Assembly (NCBI GenBank): GCA_012518355.1
Contig: JAAYSP010000072.1
Span: 7,644-71,643 of the forward strand
Length of the DNA stretch: 64,000 bases
Direction: 5' to 3'
Source: a candidate division WS1 bacterium
Lineage (GTDB): Bacteria > Armatimonadota > Zipacnadia > Zipacnadales > UBA11051
Positions 9,071 through 18,747 of this stretch are shown in pieces. The notes under the pieces were generated by a model. It searched no databases. It was not told the DNA's origin and saw nothing but the letters and a program-made list of their open reading frames with translations. Each line of letters begins with the position of its first letter. The stretch's first letter is position 1. Position numbers and translations under genes: made by a program.

Positions 9071-9250
9071 TACTGTTTAACTCGCACACATACTGTCTCG
9101 CTCAGCAGACAGTGCTTCACTCACACACGTACTACCTCACCCATACAGGTACTGCTTCACCTGCCTGGGCATCGCTTCATCCACACAAGTACTGCTTCAC
9201 TCAAACACGTATTGTCTCGCTCAGCCAGGCAGTGCTTCACTTGTACAGGT
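9071..9250. repeat. nine tandem degenerate 20-bp direct repeats (plus-strand consensus aCTGcTTCAC tCAcACAcGT), two units containing TGTCTCGCTCAGC
   Basis: Units start every 20 nt from 9071 to 9231; array begins 6 bp after the upstream gene stop and ends 17 bp from the -35 of the T-box promoter. Confidence 0.75.
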
Positions 9251-9262
9251 AAGCGGGTCCAG

Positions 9263-11989
9263 TCAGTTGCCCTCCCCTTTACTCCATGAGGCGGTGCTGT
9301 ACATCGTGAAGCTCGGGTGGCCCGGTGCCGTCCTGATTGGGTAGAAGTGAAAGTGCGTCTCATCGCCGTCTACACTGAAATCAGGCGGTTCTGATACGTG
9401 CATGGTGATCACATCACCATCAGTTTCTAGTCGGTCAAGATACATCAGTGAGTACGCTCCGTCAGCATGAGTCACATGAATTGGTGTGCCTGCAGGCCAA
9501 TCTCCAGGATCTCTATCCGTGCTCACCCGCACAGCGGTGGAGCCCTCCAGGCTACCGCTGGCCTGCGCTATGTCACCGGTAACCGATGGAGCCGTTTCCA
9601 GCACAAAATCTCCCAACTGTAGAAGTGTGCCATCATGCATTTCGGCAGCAATCGGTCTGCCCTGCTGGAGCCTCACGATCGCAAACGCCGCATCTGTGAG
9701 CAGCCCAAATTGGTCGAGGGCGATGGGTTGCATAGGCTTTTGCAGGGGAGCGATAATCAGATCTGTATAGTCGCCGAAAACCACCTGTGCTCCCACGAGC
9801 TCACCGGCACAGGTCAGCGTGGAAAACGCCCCTAGCCCGGCCTCCTGCTCATAGGGCCACAGTAGAGCGGTGAAGCGACTTTGCAGGCCCTCTTCCCCAC
9901 GTCGGCGCACTATCACCAGTGGCTGACGAACCTGATCTACTCGGTCGGAATCTCTGTTGCACCGCTTTATGCTTGGTGCTGTGGCGAGGTAGTATTCACT
10001 GTCGGCAGCCGACAGGACGTGCAGCTCCATCTCTGGTTTGTCGGGCTCGACGTACGCAAAAGTAGCGACAAAGTGCTCCAGGTCGACCGCTTTTCGCAAA
10101 TCTTTGATCAATCCGTAGGGATTGAACTGAAGTCTGGCGCCTTCTCCAGGCTTCTCACTGGCGTTAGCTGCGTCTTCTGCCACCAGGTCAAAGCCGCCCT
10201 CGTTGATATACGGCACAAGCTTCCGACCGGGGCCCAATAGGCTGTACTCGAGCGGCTGTAGCGGCACATTCGCATCCGCTGTCTGGTCATGATCGGCGCT
10301 TCCACGCATAAGCCAGTCATGTTGTGAGCCACCATGCACATCGAAGAAATCTACCACATAGGCCGGCGCATCGGGGCGGTTCACAAGCACTGTAGAGCGC
10401 TGGTAAGTGCTGCAGGCTTCATAGGAAGGGGGACCGGCCATGTCAACGCAGACAGCCTGGCAGAGTTGCCCGGTGTGCCAGGTCCGTAGCGTACCGGCCC
10501 AGGGCACCTCGCGTGAGCCGTAGGATGCGGGAGTCTCATCTACGACCACCAGATTGTGGGCGGCTGCCGAGGCGGTGTAGCGGCGGTACTTGGTGTGAGT
10601 GTATCCCAGGTCAGAGACCAACTCATGACCGTATGCCCAGTAGGTAATATTGAGAGGATCCTGATGGGCATGTCCGTGAGATCCTGAGAAGTGCAACTGA
10701 GCTTCGGCCGCCAACGGCCCTGTCTCCGATTCGAGCACAGCATGCCCCATACTCCACAACAGTACAGATTTGGGCTGAGTTGACGGTGTCGTTCGATCGC
10801 CTGCCCAGGTATCGTGCACACATGCGTAGAATCCGTCGGGGTAAGCCAACGGGTTCATGGCGGTAAGCACCTTCTGAAGAAACAGCTCTGATGTGGATGG
10901 GTCATAGTCATCCAGCCGTTCACCCGTTGGTGGCCAGGTGTAGCCGGGTGGATCAGAGTATCCGTGCGCTGATGTGAACGCCGACCTGATGCCATTCGCA
11001 GTCTGCCTGTGGTAGGATACCGCTGCCTCGCTCCATACACCATCGGCCAAAAACATCTCGTTCAGCGTTCTGCGCAGAATGTTTACGCCTTCATGGACAT
11101 AGTCAGGCCGATCTACGATCCGCCCTGCAGATATCAGCCTTCGTGCCCATGATGGCGTCATGTTGCTGATGTGGCGCTCAAAAGTCAGTGTGAAGTCCGC
11201 CATAGCCTCTATGAGATCGGTCTTGACCAGTTCGCGGACGTCCACATTTGTCTCGGCGCTCAGGCGAGTGAATTCTTCACTATCATACAGGATGTCATAG
11301 GCCTGAAGCATGTCGACGTCGATTTCACCGTAAAACCAGGTTGAGCCCAGTTTCTGTGACAGATATGGAAAAGGCGGCTCATTTCCCGCCCACATGGGCC
11401 CACGGAAACTGTAGTCGCTTAGCCCGTGTATGGGTAGACCAGGGTAAATCTCCGCCATCCGGTGCAGTATCACCACCGCTCTGCGTGCGTATTTGGCGTC
11501 CTGCGTCTTCCACCATGCCAGGGCGCAGTTATAAGCCATGTTGGCCCAGTAGTAGCGAGCATGGTAATCAATCTTGGCCTGGAAGAAGTGATGAAAACCA
11601 TCCGGTCCGTCATAGTACGGGTAGCTTTGGATCTGGCCAGTTGGAGACAGGTGCTCATACACCCTATCCATGGGATACTTCTCGCTGGGATAGACGTGTC
11701 CGCAGTAGGCACATGTGAGCCGGTCAGGGGCATCTGTGCTCCACTCTAGCTGGCCACCCTGGCTGCCGGCAGTGCAGTTGGCACACTTGATCTCCAGGAA
11801 ACCAGCTTTCTCAGTGATCATATTGCGCACTTGTTGCTCTGTAAACGCGAGACACTCTTCGGCCTGCTTCACATAGGTGTCAGATACATCACCGGGCTCA
11901 TAGACCGGGTGAGACTGGCCGCGGGCAGGAATTGCCACAAGTGTTAAAGCAGGGATGAGACAGATCAGGCTGTGAAGAGCACACTTCAT
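9263..11989 (-). CDS. secreted heparinase II/III-like polysaccharide lyase family protein
   Basis: Signal peptide MKCALHSLICLIPALTLVAIPARG; alginate-lyase-like N-domain plus Hepar_II_III-like region (SGSHGHAHQDPLNITYWAYGHELVSDLGY); start at the ATG at 11989 with a GAGAGGA SD. Confidence 0.75.
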   Translation of the reverse strand: MKCALHSLICLIPALTLVAIPARGQSHPVYEPGDVSDTYVKQAEECLAFTEQQVRNMITEKAGFLEIKCANCTAGSQGGQLEWSTDAPDRLTCAYCGHVYPSEKYPMDRVYEHLSPTGQIQSYPYYDGPDGFHHFFQAKIDYHARYYWANMAYNCALAWWKTQDAKYARRAVVILHRMAEIYPGLPIHGLSDYSFRGPMWAGNEPPFPYLSQKLGSTWFYGEIDVDMLQAYDILYDSEEFTRLSAETNVDVRELVKTDLIEAMADFTLTFERHISNMTPSWARRLISAGRIVDRPDYVHEGVNILRRTLNEMFLADGVWSEAAVSYHRQTANGIRSAFTSAHGYSDPPGYTWPPTGERLDDYDPSTSELFLQKVLTAMNPLAYPDGFYACVHDTWAGDRTTPSTQPKSVLLWSMGHAVLESETGPLAAEAQLHFSGSHGHAHQDPLNITYWAYGHELVSDLGYTHTKYRRYTASAAAHNLVVVDETPASYGSREVPWAGTLRTWHTGQLCQAVCVDMAGPPSYEACSTYQRSTVLVNRPDAPAYVVDFFDVHGGSQHDWLMRGSADHDQTADANVPLQPLEYSLLGPGRKLVPYINEGGFDLVAEDAANASEKPGEGARLQFNPYGLIKDLRKAVDLEHFVATFAYVEPDKPEMELHVLSAADSEYYLATAPSIKRCNRDSDRVDQVRQPLVIVRRRGEEGLQSRFTALLWPYEQEAGLGAFSTLTCAGELVGAQVVFGDYTDLIIAPLQKPMQPIALDQFGLLTDAAFAIVRLQQGRPIAAEMHDGTLLQLGDFVLETAPSVTGDIAQASGSLEGSTAVRVSTDRDPGDWPAGTPIHVTHADGAYSLMYLDRLETDGDVITMHVSEPPDFSVDGDETHFHFYPIRTAPGHPSFTMYSTASWSKGEGN

Positions 11990-12176
11990 GTTCGATCGTC
12001 CTCTCACTTGTGCTCATACGGATGAAATGCTTTAATTGCTATAGTCATGGTCTTAAGTCTTGGCCTACAGTCTATGATGTTCTACACATGCACGTCCAGT
12101 CCTAGTTTTGCGGTTATAGTCTACCGAGATACCATGAATTCGAGATGGATGTCTTCCTTTGCGGATGTGATTGCCT

Positions 12177-12584
12177 ATGATGGAGAACGCAGAGCAGCTA
12201 AGCGAAACCGCGGCCATGGACCCAGTGACGAGTCTGTTGTTGGGGTTGATTGCCGTAGTAGTGGGTGTAGTGATCATGTGGTTGGCAGCTATCATCGTCC
12301 ACGTCAGGGATGCCACATTTGGCCGTACTGTGTTCGCTACACTGATGATGTCTGCTCTGACCGTTGGTGCCGTTAGCATGATATCGCGGAGTACAGAAAA
12401 CGCGCTGATAGCAGTGGGGGTGGCAGCGGTAGTCGGTGCGGTGATGGCCATCAAATTGATCTATCGAACAACTGTGTGGAAAGCTGCAGGAGTGCTAATT
12501 CTCAACATCATGATGCAAATCATCATATCTTCCCTGTACATTCAGGCGCGCCTGGGGGGAGCGGTGACATCGGGCCCATCCTAG
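12177..12584 (+). CDS. hypothetical small polytopic membrane protein
   Basis: ORF with 3-4 hydrophobic helices; weak SD; divergent from the lyase gene. Confidence 0.4.
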   Translation: MMENAEQLSETAAMDPVTSLLLGLIAVVVGVVIMWLAAIIVHVRDATFGRTVFATLMMSALTVGAVSMISRSTENALIAVGVAAVVGAVMAIKLIYRTTVWKAAGVLILNIMMQIIISSLYIQARLGGAVTSGPS

Positions 12585-12588
12585 CCGT

Positions 12589-12617
12589 TTGCCGAACTTT
12601 TGCCGGTGTGCTATACT
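12589..12617 (+). promoter_or_regulatory. candidate promoter for rnpA operon: TTGCCG-17-TATACT
   Basis: Hexamers and spacing; starts 5 nt after the upstream ORF stop. Confidence 0.3.
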
Positions 12618-12650
12618 TGTCACTCAACTGACATCGAACGAACGCCAACG

Positions 12651-12998
12651 GTGTGCGTCGTGACCGCAGTCCCCACTATACGTCTCCGCAGAGATTTCCG
12701 GCGCATATTCTCCCGGGGGCGGAGGTTCCACAGCAAGCGGCTTACGATGGTGGTTGCTGCTGCCGAGACTGAGCGAAGCCGGCTGGCGTATGTGGTAAGC
12801 GGCAGGCTCTGCGGTGCGGTCAAACGCAACCGCATTAGACGCAGGCTGCGTGAAGCGGCCCGTCGTCTAATTCCGTGCTGCTCGAGACATTGCGACATAG
12901 TTCTAATCGCTAAATCCGGGGCTGTAGAAGCCGATTATCGCACTCTATATGAGGAATTTGTCTCCCTGCTGTGTGCCGCCAGGCTTCTGAAGAGCTGA
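12651..12998 (+). CDS. rnpA: ribonuclease P protein component
   Basis: RLRRDFRRIFSRGRRFHS ... VKRNRIRRRLREAARR are the RnpA hallmark basic motifs; start uncertain (GTG 12651 or 12660, neither with an SD; ORF-track TTG 12600 would overlap the promoter). Confidence 0.7.
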   Translation: MCVVTAVPTIRLRRDFRRIFSRGRRFHSKRLTMVVAAAETERSRLAYVVSGRLCGAVKRNRIRRRLREAARRLIPCCSRHCDIVLIAKSGAVEADYRTLYEEFVSLLCAARLLKS

Positions 12999-13008
12999 TG
13001 ACGGGGAT

Positions 13009-13290
13009 ATGTTTGCACGATTGACCATCTGCCTCATCCGGCTGTACCAGCGGTCCATATCTCGGCTCATGCCCTCGATGTGCCGGTTTACGCCTTCGTG
13101 TTCGCAGTACTCCATTCGTGCGTTTCAGTTGCACGGCTTCTGGCGAGGGCTGTACCTGACCTGCCTGCGCATAGGGAGATGTAACCCTTTTAATGCGGGC
13201 GGCCATGATCCGGTGCCAGGCGATTCTGAAGTGGCTAACACAGCTTCTCAAACAGATTCTGATCAAAACAAGCTGACGGAGAGACAGTAA
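13009..13290 (+). CDS. yidD: membrane protein insertion efficiency factor YidD
   Basis: CRFTPSCSQYSIRA...GHDPVP matches the DUF37/YidD signature. Confidence 0.85.
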   Translation: MFARLTICLIRLYQRSISRLMPSMCRFTPSCSQYSIRAFQLHGFWRGLYLTCLRIGRCNPFNAGGHDPVPGDSEVANTASQTDSDQNKLTERQ

Positions 13291-13292
13291 AC

Positions 13293-15008
13293 TTGACATA
13301 CATGAGTAGCCGGAGCATCTGGACAGTGGCCCTTCTGCTAATGCTGACATACTGCACGTGTGTCAGCATGGTTGTTGCTGACACGAATACCGATGGTATC
13401 AGCTTCCAGGAAGGGTTGCCCGCCGAACTGGTGATCGACACCAACCTTCCGTTAGACGACCAACTGGGACAGCTCGACGCGATGGTGCGTTGGGGCGAGG
13501 AAAACGAACCCAAGCCGAAAGGCGGGCTACTGTCTGGCATCAAGAAAACGTTTGCTGGTCCTGAAGGACCGACGCCGACAACAGTCAGCGCGCTGCGCGA
13601 CAATCTCGGTGAGATACAGGGCGTCCAGGTGACTATAACCGGCATTTACACTGCCTCTGAGGATGGAGCCAGGGGGATATTGACGACTGCAGAGGGCACT
13701 GTCCCGGTGACCCTTGGCGGCGGCGTACAGCCGGAAGGCTTCGGTGAAAGCCCGCTTGGCGGGGTTCCGGCTGTCGTGGCCGGTCTGGTCGAAGTCGTCA
13801 ACACTCCACCCGAGCCTTCCATTCGCGTTACCAGGCTCACTCCTGCCGGCTGGCTGGCCACCCTGCGCATCGCGCGCATCCACGAGATTCAGGGCGATTT
13901 TAAGTCCGCACAGGCGGCCTACACGCAGGCCGCTGACTCAGCCCACACAGCAGGGGCCCTGTTCAGCGGCTTTGCCACAGTCCGTGCCGCCGAACTGGCT
14001 ATGGAACAACTGGCAGATCCTGCCCAGGCAGAGAAGCTCTACAACAAGGCATGGACCCAATGCGGGACGCTCGATAGCCAGGGGCACTGCGCCTATTTGA
14101 CGTGGCAGCTAAAGGACGGAGTGTGGGAGGAGAAGCCCCTGCGCAACGTAGTGGGGCCGGTGCTCGATAGCCTCAATCGGGAACGCTTCTGGTACCGGGT
14201 TGTTGCAGGCTTCGTAGCACTGGGCGGCAGCAACCCCGGTATCGGTGTCATCCTGCTCGCCTTTGCCGTCCGCCTGATGATTTGGCCATTGACGCGCAAG
14301 CAGCTCGAGTCAGCTCAGTCCATGCAAGCCCTGCAGCCGCAGATGAAGGCACTGCAGGAAAAGTATGTTGACGACAAACAGAAATTCCAGGAGGAATTCT
14401 GGAAGCTGTGTCAGAGCCGGGGCGTCAATCCTCTGGGGGGCTGTCTTCCGATGCTGATCCAGTTCCCCATCCTGATCATGCTGTATCGTGGTATCCGTGC
14501 CTACATCTGGCATTTCGACAACGCATCGTTCCTGTGGATCCACAACCTGGCTGCTCCTGACATGATTCTACTCGTGGCATACACCATAAGCATGATCATG
14601 TTCCAGAAGGCCACACAACGGATGCAACCTGCCGCGGCGATGAATCCTCAGCAAGCGCAGCAGCAGCAGATGATGACCTGGATGATGCCTATCATGTTCT
14701 TCTTTTTCTTCCAGAGTTTCCCTGCCGCCTTCCTGTTGTACTGGCTGTCGAGTAACGTGTTCTACTTTGGCGAGCAGTACGTACACAGAACGATGCGCAG
14801 CAAGTCTGCCGCAACCTGTGACGACGCTGCGGCCGATACGCCCAAGCCTGCGGGTGGATTGGTCTCAGGGATGGTCAAGCTACTATCTCCAGAAGATAAC
14901 TCCGAACAAAAGGAAGCTGAGACACAGCGGACCAGTTACGCGGACCGCAAGGCAGCCGAAGCGGGCAAGAAGGGCCGTAAGATGGACGCCAGGAAGAAAC
15001 GTCGGTAA
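13293..15008 (+). CDS. yidC: membrane protein insertase YidC with large N-terminal extracytoplasmic domain
   Basis: C-terminal 60-kDa insertase core (RLMIWPLTRKQ...GCLPMLIQFPILIMLY); TTG start 13293 (ATG alternative 13302). Confidence 0.85.
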   Translation: MTYMSSRSIWTVALLLMLTYCTCVSMVVADTNTDGISFQEGLPAELVIDTNLPLDDQLGQLDAMVRWGEENEPKPKGGLLSGIKKTFAGPEGPTPTTVSALRDNLGEIQGVQVTITGIYTASEDGARGILTTAEGTVPVTLGGGVQPEGFGESPLGGVPAVVAGLVEVVNTPPEPSIRVTRLTPAGWLATLRIARIHEIQGDFKSAQAAYTQAADSAHTAGALFSGFATVRAAELAMEQLADPAQAEKLYNKAWTQCGTLDSQGHCAYLTWQLKDGVWEEKPLRNVVGPVLDSLNRERFWYRVVAGFVALGGSNPGIGVILLAFAVRLMIWPLTRKQLESAQSMQALQPQMKALQEKYVDDKQKFQEEFWKLCQSRGVNPLGGCLPMLIQFPILIMLYRGIRAYIWHFDNASFLWIHNLAAPDMILLVAYTISMIMFQKATQRMQPAAAMNPQQAQQQQMMTWMMPIMFFFFFQSFPAAFLLYWLSSNVFYFGEQYVHRTMRSKSAATCDDAAADTPKPAGGLVSGMVKLLSPEDNSEQKEAETQRTSYADRKAAEAGKKGRKMDARKKRR

Positions 15009-15073
15009 TGAAACCTGCGCATTAGGCAGTGCTTTCGCTACCATACCATAGCTGCACAAAGAGGGGGCCTTCC

Positions 15074-15814
15074 ATGAGATCGGTGGAGGTCAGCGATAAG
15101 ACTATAGAGGCGGCAAAAGAGGCTGCGCTTGAGCAACTCGGAGTGCCTGAAGACCGGGTGCAATTCGAGGTGCTCAGAAGCCCTGACACAGCGGCCGGAT
15201 TGCCCAGTGGCGCAGAGTATGTCATCAGAGCTACGATAGCCGAAGATGCTGACAGCCCGGAGGGCACATCAATGACAGACAAGGCCTCGCCGGCCCAAAC
15301 TGACGGCTTTCCCGAAGCCCCGCAGATTAGTGACCGCGACAGTCGGCTGCAACAGATCGCCGAACGCGCCTGTCAGCTAACTACAGACATTATCGGCCTC
15401 ATGGGTGCTGCCGATGGAAAGGTCACACTCACCGGAACTACCGACCGCGAGATCGCTTTGGACATCTCAACAGAAAATGCAGGTATGATCATCGGCCGTC
15501 ATGGCGATACTCTAGATGCACTGCAGCTTATCGTCGCCATAGGGGCGAACAAGGGCTTCATCGAGGGAGCACGGGTCATACTCGACACAGAAGGATATCG
15601 AAGCCGCCACGTGGAGTCGCTGCAGGATATGGCTCGATCTTATGCAGACAGAGCCAGGGAGAAAGATCAGGAGCTTGTTATCGAAGGCCTCAATGCATAC
15701 GAACGGCGTATCATCCACATGACATTGCGCGATGACCCCGATGTGGAGACTTACAGCGAGGGTGACGGCAACGACCGCGTGCTCGTCATCTCCCCTACCG
15801 CCACCGCCAGCTAG
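15074..15814 (+). CDS. jag: RNA-binding protein Jag/KhpB (Jag_N-KH-R3H)
   Basis: Jag_N-like N-terminus, GxxG KH region (MIIGRHGDTLDALQ) and R3H-like C-terminus; start at the ATG at 15074 after AAAGAGGGGG. Confidence 0.8.
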   Translation: MRSVEVSDKTIEAAKEAALEQLGVPEDRVQFEVLRSPDTAAGLPSGAEYVIRATIAEDADSPEGTSMTDKASPAQTDGFPEAPQISDRDSRLQQIAERACQLTTDIIGLMGAADGKVTLTGTTDREIALDISTENAGMIIGRHGDTLDALQLIVAIGANKGFIEGARVILDTEGYRSRHVESLQDMARSYADRAREKDQELVIEGLNAYERRIIHMTLRDDPDVETYSEGDGNDRVLVISPTATAS

Positions 15815-15882
15815 AGAGACAACCGCTGCATAGCGCCTAACAGTGGTCAATTGGGAATGCGGCCCGCGCGACCAACAGGCTG

Positions 15883-16878
15883 CTATTCTGCCGCCATACC
15901 GTATGCCAACTGTTTCTGCATCTGTTCCCAGGTCAGCAGGCCAACCTTGGCGCCCAGGTACTGGATCACACCAGCCGCGTTGAGCGAACCGGCACGCAGG
16001 GCCAGGCGCAGTTCCAGACCGTGAAACAGTGCTGCTATGTACCCTGCGGCAAAAGCATCGCCGGCTCCAAGTGTGGATAGCTCCTTGACCGGTACTGCCG
16101 GTATCGTGTAGTGAGCAGTGCCATCATGTGCCTCTGCCCCTTCAGGGCCATCTGTCATGACCACGACCTGACATCCTGCCGATAACAGACTTGATAACAC
16201 CTGCATTTCGTCAGCCCGTCCCTGCCTCGGTTCGACACCAGTTAGCTCGTAGGCTTCCTCTTTGTTGACAAACAACGTATGAGTGGCCTCGAAAACCGGC
16301 TGCAGTGCTTCCATACCCTGTCGAATTTGAGTGCCGCCCGGATTCACTGCCAGCTTCACGCCATGTTCCCTTGCGTGTAAAGCTACCTTTTCAAAAAGTG
16401 GCGCACTTGGACCGGCCATGGATGATAGATATATCCATTCGGCATTTGCGAGAGCATCCCAGTTGACCTCATCCTCACGCAGGGCGGTACTGGCACCCCG
16501 GTGCACCAGCACAGTCCGGTCTCCGGTAAAACACGTGAGTATCACTGAGTAGCCGGTGGGATGCTCGTTGGTGCGAACCACCTGACTGATGTCAACTTTT
16601 TCACTGTGCAGCTCATCGAGTATGTGCTCTGCGGCCGAATCCTGCCCCAGTTTCGAAATGATACCTGCTCGCATGCCAAGCCTGGAGAAAGACACTGCAG
16701 TGTTGGTGGCGCCACCTCCGGTAGACACAAACAGTGTGTCAACTGGTATTTTGGCCCCATATTCAAATGAAATATAGGACCGGCGCTGATCCAGATCCTC
16801 GATAGAGATCAGCTTTAAGTCACGCGAACCCACGAAGACGTCTTCGGTAGCACTACCGACGCAGATGATGTCATGCAT
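15883..16878 (-). CDS. PfkB-family carbohydrate kinase (ribokinase-like)
   Basis: GGGATNTA and GAGDAF motifs. Confidence 0.85.
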   Translation of the reverse strand: MHDIICVGSATEDVFVGSRDLKLISIEDLDQRRSYISFEYGAKIPVDTLFVSTGGGATNTAVSFSRLGMRAGIISKLGQDSAAEHILDELHSEKVDISQVVRTNEHPTGYSVILTCFTGDRTVLVHRGASTALREDEVNWDALANAEWIYLSSMAGPSAPLFEKVALHAREHGVKLAVNPGGTQIRQGMEALQPVFEATHTLFVNKEEAYELTGVEPRQGRADEMQVLSSLLSAGCQVVVMTDGPEGAEAHDGTAHYTIPAVPVKELSTLGAGDAFAAGYIAALFHGLELRLALRAGSLNAAGVIQYLGAKVGLLTWEQMQKQLAYGMAAE

Positions 16879-17056
16879 TTGCTATCACACAAACCTACCG
16901 GGGTACTGTTCTGAGATGGCAGCAATATGGATGTGAAGGTGTATGGTCGTACCCTTTGTCAATTCTTCAGTCACTTCAGTTTCACCTGCCAGAAGGTGAA
17001 ACAGCTTCTACAGGGGAAAGACAATACATGCGATAGCACCTAAAGGAGGGACGCAA

Positions 17057-17248
17057 ATGCCATTTGTTACCGTGAAGATGTGGGAAGGGCGCACCACTGA
17101 ACAAAAAGCCGCTATCATCGAGAAAGTGACCGAGGCTCTGATAGAGTCCATGGGGGTAGAGCCTGAGCACGTTAGTGTGGTGCTTCAAGAGTACCCGAAA
17201 GAAAACTGGGGAGTGGGCGGACAGCTGGCATCAACGGCCCCTCAGTAG
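17057..17248 (+). CDS. 4-oxalocrotonate tautomerase family protein
   Basis: MPFVTVKMWEGRT...NWGVGG; 63 aa; AGGAGGG SD. Confidence 0.8.
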   Translation: MPFVTVKMWEGRTTEQKAAIIEKVTEALIESMGVEPEHVSVVLQEYPKENWGVGGQLASTAPQ

Positions 17249-17391
17249 CTTGCCTGGCTTACCGCTTCCCCTGCTGTTGAACTCATTCAGGCTTACACAT
17301 ACATACACATGCAGAGGAGCAGACAAGCACCTATCATGACATCTATGGTTCTTGCTTTTGCCTGACTTGTACACTTTTGAGGTGAACTTCC

Positions 17392-18663
17392 ATGGAACAA
17401 AAGTTGGTGAGCTTGCTCGACCAACGTGAACAGCGCACCATTGGCCTGCTGCAAGACCTGGTACGGATCAACACCAGCAATCCGTATTCAGGGGATGTCA
17501 ATCCAGGCGGAGAAAAAGCCGGCCAGGAGCTTTTGCGGCCACTACTCGAAGATATGGGTGCCCATATCCATATGTTTGACTGCCCTGACGATATCTACGA
17601 ACGGAACAAGGTTATCGGGCCAAAAAACCGCGACTTCACTGATCGACCCAACCTGGTGGCGACCTGGGATTTCGGTGGCGATGGCCCCACTGTCATTGTC
17701 AACGGCCACATGGACACAGTCGGCATAGACACCTATCAGGGTGACCCGTTGAGCGGTGCCATCATAGACGGTCGAATGCTGGGCCGGGGTACCAGCGATT
17801 GCAAGGGCGGCATCTGCACCGCCGTCAGTGCCATCGGAGCGATGCTGGACGTGGCGCAAGGTTTGCAGGGAAAGCTGATTTTCGAGAGTGTAGTTGACGA
17901 AGAGTGCAACGGCGGTGGCGCAGGCACGCTCGCGTGTCTGGAGGCAGGCTACAAAAGCGACATAGCGGTGTTTGTTGACGGTAAGGAGGGGGCCATCACT
18001 ATCGGCTGCAACGGTGTCCTGACTGCAGCGGCCGATGTGGTCGGCCAGGCCGGCCATGCGGCATTCGGCACTGGAGTGAACGCGATTGAGAAAGCGGGGT
18101 TGATCCAGGACGCTATTTTGGACTTCAAGCACACTCGTGAACAGCAACGTCAGGGTGCCAAGCTCAACCTCGGCATATTCAGAGGCGGAATTCATCCGGC
18201 AGTGGTGCCTGCCGAAGCTCGCCTGGAGATGAACATGGTTTACGAACTCGATGAGGCGCGTGCATCCAGGCAGTCCACGGGTGTCTGGGGAGCTGCGTTA
18301 TTGCGCGAGCAATTCGAGCAACATATCCGTGCTGCTGAGCAGAACGACGAGTGGCTACAGCAACATCCAACCGCCATAACCTGGATCAAAGATCTGGTAC
18401 CATTCAGCGAGGAGGAAAACCAGCCACTTGTACAGGCGCTGACAGCAGCCCACGAGGCGGTTAGCGGCAGCCGCCCAACTATCGACCGTATGGTGGCCTG
18501 GACTGACGCATGTTGGACTAGTGCTTACGCCGATATCCGCACAGTCCTATACGGCCCGGCGGCCCACGGGGCGCCACATACTGACAACGAGTTCATCAAT
18601 CTCGATATGCTGCTTCAGTGTACCAAGGTGCTGGCCGTTTTCTTGCTAAGACAGTTCACCTAG
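17392..18663 (+). CDS. M20 family metallopeptidase (ArgE/DapE-like deacylase)
   Basis: HMDTV, GRGTSDCKGG and EECNGGGAG metal-ligand motifs. Confidence 0.85.
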   Translation: MEQKLVSLLDQREQRTIGLLQDLVRINTSNPYSGDVNPGGEKAGQELLRPLLEDMGAHIHMFDCPDDIYERNKVIGPKNRDFTDRPNLVATWDFGGDGPTVIVNGHMDTVGIDTYQGDPLSGAIIDGRMLGRGTSDCKGGICTAVSAIGAMLDVAQGLQGKLIFESVVDEECNGGGAGTLACLEAGYKSDIAVFVDGKEGAITIGCNGVLTAAADVVGQAGHAAFGTGVNAIEKAGLIQDAILDFKHTREQQRQGAKLNLGIFRGGIHPAVVPAEARLEMNMVYELDEARASRQSTGVWGAALLREQFEQHIRAAEQNDEWLQQHPTAITWIKDLVPFSEEENQPLVQALTAAHEAVSGSRPTIDRMVAWTDACWTSAYADIRTVLYGPAAHGAPHTDNEFINLDMLLQCTKVLAVFLLRQFT

Positions 18664-18747
18664 ACAGGATATGCTGACGTGCTGATAGATTGAAGGCCTC
18701 CCGTGTCGCCCTTCCCAGCTGCACAGCGGCTGCCTATCACCTGTGAT

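Noticed and set aside
9071-9250. CRISPR array
   Set aside because: The repeats are contiguous 20-mers with no intervening unique spacers and no cas genes in the window.
12500-12660. rpmH (ribosomal protein L34) upstream of rnpA
   Set aside because: All three forward frames between the upstream ORF and rnpA were translated, and no Lys/Arg-rich roughly 45-aa ORF resembling L34 was found.
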